DNA of 60,058 nt, taken from NCBI RefSeq assembly GCF_000485595.1, contig NW_014577091.1:114835-174892 (forward strand). The letters run 5' to 3'. Shown piece by piece: positions 25,101 through 35,004 of this stretch. The stretch is from Priapulus caudatus. Lineage: Eukaryota. Numbering within the stretch: position 1 is the stretch's first letter; every line of letters starts with the position of its first letter. Made by a program: the position numbers and the translations under genes. The notes beneath the pieces are model-generated. The model ran no database searches and had not been told where the DNA came from. It worked only from the letters and a program-made list of their open reading frames with translations.

Positions 25101-28100
25101 GTAAAAACAGTATTTTATGAATGAAATTTACATTATTTGTATGTGAATTTGGTGACTTGCAACGTTATCAATATATATTGTTTTTTTTATTAAAAACATG
25201 GTTATTATGTATGCATAAAGTACACTACTATTTTAGTTACGTGGGCTACGCACAGTTACATTCCTCACACCACAAGCAAAAATATCCCTCCCTACATACA
25301 ATACTGCTGACGTGCCGAAAACATACTAAGACCATACTTTTAAGGATCATTTCTAAAGTATGTGTTGCGAAAGGTTCACACAAAAGTGACCAATTAGCTA
25401 AACCATGATGAGGAGACAAAGCATTCGCCTCTTAGCGTGAAGCCGGTATAAGGTGTCTCAGCCCCGAGACTTGCCTTTTACCTTTGATGACCGTTCCTCC
25501 TCTCCCTTTTTGGGAGAGTTGGAGGAGGTGAATGCAGTCTGAGTGGTTTAGCTTTTTAAACAAACAAAAAATAGGTGGAACATTTCCACCAATGTTATAA
25601 GTTATACCTGGTAATTACCAAGGTGTTAATGAAATAGTACAATTCCAGTTTCTTGCAAGTGAGTGGAAATTTTATTATCATGTTTTAAACAAAGCAGGTG
25701 CACTCTTTTTTATAAAGTTTAAAAACATTAAATTAGAAAAGTGTATGACACTCAGTCCATATTTACTGGGTAAACAATAACTTCTGTAACACGGACCTTA
25801 CTTTAACTTTTGAAATACCCAGAAGCAGTTCTGTAATAAGGTGTAACAGCTAATTATACCTCGGCATCCAGTGTTGCTGATGACACAATGACTCTAAGAT
25901 CTGCTCTCCTTTTTAGAATTTTCTTAAGTAAGCCGACTATGATGTCTGTATGAATGCTCCTCTCATGAGCTTCATCTACCATCACAACACTGCAAGAACA
26001 TGAAAAACTCATAACAACATTCTTATACGATAACTGTAGATTGGGGCCTGTAGAGCAATAATTCTGCTTTTGATTAAATGCACCATCTTCAGATACAAGT
26101 AAAAATACAGAAAATTCATTGTATGCAATATGTGATTACAAAAGATATGTCCCTCAACATATGGTCATTTGGATCAATTTGAGCATCACTCATTTTGATC
26201 AATCAACATAAAAGATACTCAAATTTATTGAATATAATTGGACTGATAATATTGAAAGAAGTATATAATATAGAATTCTATGTTATGCACTCCTTATATT
26301 ACCTATAACATAGAGTTAATATGATATTATCAGGATGTTATAGATAGGTAGCACCGAGAGCGTACAACGGTGAACTGCTGAAACCATGTTGCAGTATTAG
26401 TCGAATTAAGAAACTTTGCCCGTTTTATTTTGACGATTCTTTGCGGTTTTTTGTGTGGGGTACGATGTCTCTACGCTGAGATAATGAGCAGTGAAAATCG
26501 ACTCGAGATCACTGTTTACTGCGACCCTCTCTCGCTTTGTGGCCAGTGTGTTGCTTCAGTCGCCGCTGTGTAGCGCCATGTAGCGCTGACTCACGTCAGT
26601 ACTACAGAGTTTACTATACATCCAGCGTGAGGTGGGCACAGGTGGGGTCATCACTATGGCAATCATAACAGACGTCATTCATTCCATTTGTCAATCATTG
26701 ACGGAAACACCGAGGTTTCCCGAAGTTATCTCAAAGCGAGAGACAGTCGCAGTAAACAGTGATCTCGAGTCGGTTTTAGGCAATTTTCACCGCTCATTAT
26801 CTGAGCGTAGGGGCATCGTAGGACATGCGGTTTGTTTATATTAACAAGGTAGGACAGCTGATCAATAATACTGAGTTCGACTTTTATTAATTCGACTAAT
26901 ACTGCAACATGGTTTCAGCATTTCACAGTTGTACGCTCTCCTTCTTAATACGCTCTTGGTAGCAGTCATTTATATTTGCACTTTAAAGGAATACTAGGCC
27001 CATTGATTATGCAATGTTGACGAATGCTAGAGTAACTGGCACTTGTGTAGTTAATAAGTGCATAACCTTATAGCCAAATGCGTATTAGTTTGTCCAATAT
27101 CACTGCTGGTTACATAAATTTACAGCAAGACTTGAAATCGGTTGTTGATATTCATTTATGTGCCGTAAATGTCATCCAGGAGTCAAGCGATGACGTAAAC
27201 ATTTGTGGCGGCCCGTATGTTTTGGACGCCAGATGAAATGGAGGTGTCAGCGGTGTAGCCACGGCCACGGACTAAACATGGAAATGGAGTAAAACACACG
27301 TACTAATCATGCACGCACGTAGACAGCCCTGACAAAAAGTTTCTTATCACGAGCGTCCGTGTTTACAAAATCACTGATGATAGCATGCGTGCGAAAATGT
27401 CCGGTGCACTATAAATCTGTATCACACCGCGCTTCCCGGCAGCAGTTTGAAACTGTAAACAATTGATTTCTTGGACTGCGGATTTCATTAGACATTTCTT
27501 AGCAACCAGCAGTGATATTGGACAAACTAATACGCGTTGGATGTAAGGTTATGTACTTATTAACTACACAAGGTGCCAGTTACTCTATCATTCGTCAACA
27601 TTGCATAATCAATGGGCCTAGTATGCCTTTAAAGCAAGAAGAGAATACAATTTCGTAGTATTCCTACAGTATAAAATATTTCTAAAAGATCTAGGGAAAA
27701 TGATATGTAAATTTGATATATAAGATAGCAGCAGGATTCATCAAGTACTCACAAAAATGTTTCAAAACCATACCTGTATTTAAGTAAAAGTGGGTCTCTC
27801 ATCAGCTCTCTGATTAGGCATTCCATCAGTAAGGAACTGCAACCAATGTAAAAAGGATATGAGAAAAGATTAATTCACAAATTTATTATAGAATAGACCA
27901 CTGAATGCCAGCTCTACATTACACAGCGAACATAGGCAGCAGTTGAGTTGAGCTTTTGTAAGCACAATTTCCAAATAAAGGAGAAGCTGTATACATTTCA
28001 GGCCAATGAATATCATACTTTAATTTTATACCTTCAAACAACCAACTTCATCATGAATAGAGCTAAATAATGTTGCTGGCATGATATCACAACACTAAGA

Positions 28101-31100
28101 AAATGTTACCTTGATCTTGGTCAGTGTGGGATCTGTTGCATTGTTAAACCTGACACAGTAGCCCACATCACAGCCTAGTACAGACCCTTTCTCTTCAGCT
28201 ACTCTGGTTGCAACCTAACATAATAACATAATTAATCAGCTTGAGATGGGCAGTTACATGACAAAAAAACAAAACAATTCTATGCCAATTGTTTTGATAA
28301 GCTAGAGAAGACTACAAAACAAGCTGGAATATGGGGGTTAATATGTATTGTAAAAAAATGAGGACAGTTTCCCAATTTGTAATGACTATCATATTGCCTA
28401 TATCTTATTTTTAATAACACCTTTTCAATAATTTACAATGTATCACGCTTATCATAAAAATAAAGGCAAACTCACTGTTATTGCTGCTACCCTCCGAGCA
28501 GGGTTACTCCAATGACACCATCGGCACCCAGCCTGCCTCCATTAGATACTGTATGAGGTGTAAACATCACATATACACTGATCAAAATAACAGTATGCGG
28601 TAATCACAATATTTACATATCGTTTGAAGAGTAATTAACTTTCGTTTATCAGATTTTTGATATTTTCTTTTTATTGAAATTATTTATTATTATATATACA
28701 TGTATATTATATATATTATACATATATTATATAAAATGTACATTAATTGAGATGTATAGTAGTGATGTCCTGATGATCGATTATAATCGAAAGTCAGTTG
28801 TTTGCAGCAACCGACAAAGCGCTTGATTATGAAAATAAATAATCGATGATTTTTTTTTTTTTTTAAATGTGCAAACAATATGAAATGACTCTTCATTTTA
28901 TTTTGGTGTTTTTGGTTACTTTACAGCTTAAATCTAACCTACACCAAACATAAGCAAGTATAATACTGTTACATAGCTTTTAAATATTGTATTACAGGGC
29001 ATGAAATTGCCAAAATGTGAACAGGCCCACCCAAAATTTTAAACAGGCGCCTTACAAGTTTGAAAAGACCCTTAATTTTTGTTCAATTTATTACATTACC
29101 TAAGTATTAGGTTTGTGTTTATTAGGCATACTCATTAATATTTCAGTATTCTCATTGCTACAGGGTGCGAAATTAACGGGAGTCCGAAGTCAAATACTTC
29201 CTGATTTACTGTCGGACTCCCTGATTTGACATATGCAGGAGTCCGTGTAACTCCCTGAAAATTCTGCCACACTAACTAGTTCGTTCCGGAGCACAGCCTC
29301 ACGGAATTACTGTATTTTTTCAGCTAATGTCCAGAGAAAATTTGGCAGACGTGCAACCGCATGAATCTTAAAAATAAGCACATGCGTTATTGTTAATATC
29401 TTTCATTTTGAACCTCAGACTGCAGACTCCCTCATTTTGCTGCGCAGACTCCTCTTTTGAGGGTAGGGAGTCCGTTGGACTACCGTGTTCAAAAGTTAAT
29501 TTCTACTCCTGTTGCTATCAGAAGAGTTCTACTTGTTAGACAGGAATTGCTGGAACATGATCAGATTTACTTCTTAGTAGTGACTAAGTAAAAACTAGCC
29601 AGGAAATTGGTAAATATTGTTTATATAAAGCCAAGATAGGCAAAATTTTGAATAGGCGACTAATTATATGGGGGGTTGAACCGGCGGTTTAGGGGGTTGA
29701 AACCGCGGCTGCATGCAAAATAGCGCTAATTTCGTGCACGTTTTATAAACAAGTGCCGCCAGAGCGACAGCGCTCAACTGTCGTGTACTGTAGCCAGGTA
29801 TTCTTCTGATAAACTCACTGCAACCGAATCAAGTGCACCTCCTGCCACCTGCGCGTTCGCGCTCAGAGCATATATCTAGGATACTACTAATACAGATCTA
29901 AAATCTATGATAGGCTTTGCTATACCTACGGCAGTACAGTAATAAAGATACAGCTGTGAACTTTAATCAGGGGGAGGGGGAGGGTGGGGCTAGGGGCGGG
30001 TGGAGGGGGCTCTAATAGCAAAATCAGTTCAGTCCTTTGTTAACAGTCAACAAATCCATGTTTAACCCTCCTCTTGAGGGTCAAAAGGTTATCCGACACT
30101 TACTCTTCGCATGTCAGCGAAAAGTACATTTCATGGTCCTTTCAATAAAGCCATAAAAATGGTAGGTCACGCGCTGAAACAAAAAAGTTTTTCAATCGCT
30201 CGCGTCAGACCATGTCCTCAGAAATGTCTAAAATCTGCCCTGTGGCCCCATTGACCTCCAATTTCGGCACAGTGATGGCTTTTCCTACCATGATGCTATA
30301 CACCGACTATCACGAGCCTAGGTCGAGCCATTTAGATTTGTGCCGGAATTCTGCATTTACTGCCCTATACCTTAAGTTAAGGAGGGAATGTTCCCCTTCT
30401 TTTACACCTCTTGACCTTTGACCCCCCAGCTTCGACATCCAACTTGTTTTCGAATTACCCCGACGTTCCGAATATCGGACCGTACGTCGAGCGGTTAAGA
30501 TTTGTGCCCAACTGTTGATGACGGACGGACGCTGGCACGGACAATCATGCGTTTCTACAATACTAGGTTGGGGCAACCGATGATCGATGATGAAATTCCA
30601 ACTGATTCCCATCACTAGTGTCGAACACATAGACTATGAACATTTAGTATGTAAGGTAGTAGTTTACTTAATACTAAATGTAGTATATACTATGTTACCC
30701 TAACAAAGAATAATTTCAAAAGCACGCTACTGCTCGGTACTTGTGTGCTTTTCCCACATCCTGTCTCCCGCAACGAGGACAAGCACTTGATACTTCTCTA
30801 GAAGGTAGAGAATGTGCCCCGATTCTAAGCACAAAAAATGACACCAACAAACTAATCAGCACTCCAACCTAAACGCTGAATTTTCTATGAGACAAATAAG
30901 TTAATAGTGGTCTTATAAGATAATTTCACTTTCCATGTAGTAATCCAATCTGGTAAAAAATGCACTATAAAATATGTGCCAGCCTTATTTGGGTTTAAGA
31001 GTATAACAGATCAATATACAATCTCCTTGAAATAATAATCTCATTGAACATTAAATAACCAGACTTACAAAACGAGACACTTATGGAGGGGAAAAACCTT

Positions 31101-34100
31101 ATGGTTACGGTTAACATATCTTACAGGTATGTGACATTCTATCAATAAGAATATTTACATATATCTATGACCATAGTGACATGGTCATATCTAATATAAA
31201 CTCAATATGTAATAATGGTCACAAGTGTTCTTGGCAGATGAGCTCATGGGCTGACCTTGTCGCAAGTAGGGAAAATTGAACACTGAATTCTAAAGTGTGA
31301 AAATGTGATGCGAGGCTCCGACAGTGTGTGCAATTCTCTTGCTTTTGTAATGTCAGCTCTTGGCAGTGAAAATCATCTCACTCTCAGTAATGTATCCAGG
31401 GTTCTCCCCAGGATGAAATTCAAACAAGGGGTAGGGGAGGGGGAGGGGGAGGGGAGGGGGAGGAGGAAAACTAGGGGGAGGGGGAGGGGGAAACTAGGGG
31501 GGTCCGGGGGCGTGTATTTTTACCGTACGACTAGTTAATGCGTAAAATGCGCACCACACCATAGACGGTATTTGGGGTTCTTGTATATATAAGATAGCCG
31601 AGTCGGTGTACCGTGTTACGTGTACAGGCAAAGATTCTAGAGTGCCGTAGGCACAAGATAGACCACTCTCCAATCATAGCGTAGTAGGTCATGGGTCGCC
31701 ACACCGCCATTTTGGGAAGCAAGTTCACACGAAGTTCCCGGATGTTGCTGTATCTGCTACTGTGAAACTGTTGCTGTGTGCTGTCAGCTCAGCTTACTGT
31801 TCTGCTGTAAATTGCTCGAATCGTCAGTGTAAGCCCGACCTGTCTTTCTTCAGGTTCCCCAAGAATACGGAAAGGTGAGAAAACATTCTTTTTGTCGAAA
31901 ATCCATCGTGAAAGAGTTGTGCAATCTTTTGTTGATACATGTAGTACCAGTGGCAGTGTTGTTTGTGCACAGGCATACGTACGGTGTACTTCACTACTTG
32001 TGTGTTGCAGATGAGCATTTAAACGGCATTTACAGCAAGTTATCGACAATAAATAGGCGAAATAGAGTAGAGAAACATTAATACTTTGATAGTAGATACA
32101 TTTAGTGTTTAATTACATTATTGTTTGGGAGACGTCAATGAAGTGCCTGTGCACTGTACCACTGACACTGTCTGACACTACACCACTGGCCGAGACTATA
32201 CAGTATACGCACGGCGGCCGTGTGGATAAGATTCAATATGGCTATACGCACGGCGGCCGTATGGCCGACTCAATATGTGCTAGGAATGAGGAAGGGGAGA
32301 AGGGAGAACTGGTGGAGAAGGAGGAGGGGAGATGCTGGTGGAGAAGGAGGAAGGGGAGAAGGTGGGGAGAAGGAGGAAGGGAGAAGCTGGTGGAAAGGAG
32401 GAAGGGGAGAAGGAAGAAGTGGTGGAGAAGGAGGAAGGGAGAGCTGTGAGAAGGAGGAGGGGAGAAGGGAGAAGGTGTTGGAGAAGGAGGAGGGGGAGAA
32501 GCTGGTGGAGAAGGAGGAGGGGGAGAAGAGAGGTGGTGGAGAAGGAATGGAGAAGCTGTGGAGAAGGGAGGAAGGAAGGAAGGGAGAAGGCTGTTGGAGA
32601 AGGAGGAGGGGAGAACTGGTAGGAGAAGGAGGAGGGGGAGAAGAGAGGTGGTGGAGAAGAGGAAAAGNNNNNNNNNNNNNNNNNNNNNNNNNTTGATGGT
32701 TTTAATATCATCATATAGTGTATTATATGACATGATTTAATTTCTCATGTTTTTCTTGAGAAACAGAAGCACGGCAATGTTTTCCGCTGACAGTGCAGCC
32801 CTCTGTGCCGTAACAATGTCACCCGCTGTACTGAATACCCTCTCGGAAGGCACTGCCGTGGCTGGAATACACAATACCCCTGCTGCATAATTGGCTAATA
32901 CTGGATACTGAAACTGAAACTGAAACTGAAACAGTGGGTGCTCGCTTCAGCTTGTATCGCGCGCGCGGGCACTCAGGTGAGCATAGGCTATATATAGACT
33001 CCCTGGTTGCCGTGCTCTCTGCCTCGCTCACACGGCTGCCCCACTCTGCCCGCGCAGTAGTACCGCGCAGTGCTCCATGCAGTGGTCGCTTACCAGTAAT
33101 ACTGTATGCGTCGTGTAGGCATTGTGCTTCGTAATATATACACCGCCAGTGTATAATTTTTGAGCCCATTAACAATATAGACATAAAGGCAAGTGTCAAG
33201 TAATTTATTTCTTGTTATACCACCGTATCGTAAAATATCGATATCCGGAAGTTGTATCGCGATATATCGAGTTTTCAAAATATATTGCAATATACCGATA
33301 TACCGGTATATCGTTACACCCCTACTTTCTATTGCGAGATTTTTGCTCAGAAAAACTAAATATAGCTGAATATAGTCTCACCTGACAGCGGAAATATCAC
33401 TGATTACACCTACATTAAAAACACTAAGATTTTATGCAGTTATAGCATAGAAAAATGGATTTGACCACATCATACCAGCAATAAATTTTATCGTGTCCCG
33501 ACTCACAAAATCACAAATGGCGCCTTCAAACCAAGTGCATAATTAAAACAAAAGGGCGTGCAATTCTGTGTGGTAAATATTATTGAGTTTTTATGTCAAT
33601 AATTCAGAGCACTTTCTGTCATTGTCATTCCCGTGTTACTATCTGACTGGTAATCCACAAGCTTCTCTAATAACAGACTTTACGCGGCATTAGTACTACA
33701 CTCCTGTTACGCTAGTATGAACGTCTGTGTTTACACTCTGACCTGATTTCTGCGGTGCGACTATGCATTACTGCACCGTGATAGATGTCTCGCGCTACCG
33801 AAAGAAAAGGCTATAGGCCACGCACTGCATTTTGGGATACTCCAACTCCCGTACGAGCTTCGTCAAAGCCGCCAGTGGAGCGGCGCAAAAATGAGGTCAC
33901 GAAGAGCGCCGGTGGGTGTTTCCTGATTCCGACAGCCATTTACATTAACTGCGCAACGGGAGCGAATGCGAGAATTTTGTCAGGCTTTGTGTGATTTCGC
34001 GTGACACAGCTCGGTTACGAACACAGACAGTATGTTTTTATAACAAGTGAACACTGTCCTTCAAATAGAAACAAAGATGGGATGGAATGGTTGAATGTTT

Positions 34101-34937
34101 GTGTTGTATTCGCGTGAAATCAAGCAAGCGTCGAGCGAATTTTGGCAGCACACTTTCCTACCTGCTATATATTTATGTGTCAGCTAGTGTGCAGCGGCAG
34201 CCAGCGTTTGTTGCAGATGAGCATTTGGACGGCATTTACAGGAAATTGTCAGCAATAATAGGTGAAAGAGAGTATAGAAACATTAAGACTTTGGTAGTAA
34301 ACAGATTTCGTATTTATTTAGCATTATATTTTATTGAAACGCTCCAAGTCAGCAAGTGCCTGTGACGGTAGGTATCATGAAAGTGGGGAAAACACTGGAA
34401 AACTCTCGCAATACTCCCAAAAGTTACTACTATTAGTATTACTAATACTATATTCTGGTACTTCAACTACTTGTCTATACATAACATCAGGAGTGAATAA
34501 TAGGCCTACTTAATAGATTCTATATTATAATACTATAAACTATAGTCTAGTAGTAGTAGTAGTATAGTCTATAGACTATAATATACTAGTAATAGACAGT
34601 ATAGTCTATAGATTCCATAATTCCACATTCCACTCCTGATAATAGCTCCAAGAAACGGTATTGCTAGGGTTAGGATACCGTAGTATATAGAATGGTTAGT
34701 ATAGACAATCCGTCGCACAGCCTGGTCGGGCTATCCTGATAAAGTCATTACATTAGTAGTACTGGCACTAAGGCATATAATATGACTACGTGCAACTGAC
34801 AGATTTGATAAGACAGATATTTTCGTTATAACGGAAGTTTTAATTTTTAAATACTATGAGAACATGCACATAAATAACTAAAGTATAAAATTACCAGGTT
34901 TCCAAAATTTTACACTCTTTGGCAAGGGCGCAGACAT
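19113..34937 (-). CDS. DHX35: DEAH-box RNA helicase DHX35; exon 2 not found; three 5' exons carry indels in this assembly copy
   Basis: Exons (minus): 34895-34937 ([15 protein letters not shown]), [missing exon 2], ~30730-30824 (noisy; [15 protein letters not shown], Walker [11 protein letters not shown]), 28476-28548 (2 nt short), 28110-28214, 27774-27836 (1 nt extra), 25860-25989 ([10 protein letters not shown]), 24534-24646, 24038-24166 ([10 protein letters not shown]), 23552-23730 ([11 protein letters not shown]), 23110-23262 (QRSGRAGR), 22577-22701, 21602-21752, 21253-21347, 20974-21051, 20405-20534, 19842-19995, 19282-19393, 19113-19154 (TGA). The N-terminal KFWKPG and C-terminal [14 protein letters not shown] point to DHX35 among DEAH helicases. 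Confidence 0.92.
19686..19740 (+). mobile_element. Probable RTE-type LINE 3' tail fragment
   Basis: GATGGCCTTGTGTCCCATCGGGGGACCAAGAGGAT, a short hairpin, followed by an (AAG)n tail. Resembles RTE 3' ends from recall only. Confidence 0.35.
25265..25282 (+). promoter_or_regulatory. Candidate snRNA-type proximal sequence element (PSE) for U3
   Basis: TCACACCACAAGCAAAAA at -63..-46 from the U3 start. The position and TCAC...AAAA shape fit metazoan PSEs, but the match to consensus is loose. Confidence 0.45.
25328..25548 (+). ncRNA. U3: U3 small nucleolar RNA (box C/D), antisense within DHX35 intron 24647-25859
   Basis: Starts AAGACCATACTTTTAAGGATCATTTCT (boxes A' and A). Box C' TGATGA 25406-25411, box B AGCGTGAAG 25434-25442, box C TGATGA 25485-25490, hairpin 25495-25527, box D CTGA 25539-25542, end GTCTGAGTGGT. 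Closing stem AGCTAAACCA (25396-25405) pairs with TGGTTTAGCT (25544-25553). Length about 220 nt, as for metazoan U3. Confidence 0.95.
26354..26958. mobile_element. Fold-back element with ~190-bp imperfect inverted arms
   Basis: GAGAGCGTACAAC..GCTGAAACCATGTTGCAGTATTAGTCGAATTAA and CGACTCGAGATCACTGTTTACTGCGAC both recur inverted; GGTAGCA occurs at both boundaries (possible 6-7 bp TSD). Confidence 0.7.
26987..27628. mobile_element. Fold-back TTAA element (Kolobok-like), copy 2
   Basis: TTAA|AGGAATACTAGGCCC...GGGCCTAGTATGCCT|TTAA. Confidence 0.8.
29161..29511 (+). mobile_element. hAT-type MITE, ~350 bp, 6-bp TSD
   Basis: Ends CAGGGTGCGAAATTAAC / GTTAATTTCTACTCCTG; TSD TTGCTA on both sides. Confidence 0.85.
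29748..30560 (+). mobile_element. HINE-like element copy
   Basis: Shares the 5' end AACAAGTGCCGC..GAGCGACAGCGCTCA and a ~520-bp 3' block with 3613-4779; the middle differs. Confidence 0.65.
32285..32667. repeat. GA-rich degenerate minisatellite (~27-bp unit GGAGAAGGAGGAGGGGGAGAAGCTGGT), ending at a 25-N gap
   Basis: Directly visible; source of spurious E/G/R/K- and P/S/F-rich ORFs. Confidence 0.9.
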
Positions 34938-35004
34938 CTTGAAATCTCCCGCAAAATATGCGAATGCTCTTTTCATAAAATTAATAGAGGTCGTGGTGGG
35001 CAAA
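34938..35004. promoter_or_regulatory. 67-bp spacer between divergent DHX35 and NUP210 start codons (bidirectional promoter or overlapping 5' UTRs)
   Basis: CAT at 34935-34937 and ATG at 35005-35007. YY1-like CAAAATGGCGG spans the NUP210 ATG, E2F-like TCTCCCGCAAA lies in the spacer, and ETS-like ACGGAAGT is at 34831-34838. Confidence 0.7.

Noticed and set aside
27774..30824. Frameshifts suggesting a DHX35 pseudogene or programmed frameshifting
   Set aside because: Indels cluster in noisy sequence, an intact copy of most of these exons exists at 36403-37181, and all downstream exons are intact.
32105..32740. Several 100-160 aa ORFs on both strands
   Set aside because: Translations of a GA-rich satellite and an N-gap; no protein family signal.
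32938..32955. GTGCTCGCTTC matching the U6 snRNA 5' end
   Set aside because: Only 11 nt match, no ACAGAGA box follows, and it lies inside a probable transposon.
33382..33409. 28-nt minus-strand segment bounded by AG/GT as a candidate DHX35 exon 2
   Set aside because: Encodes GVISDISAV with no DHX35 similarity and ends in the wrong phase.
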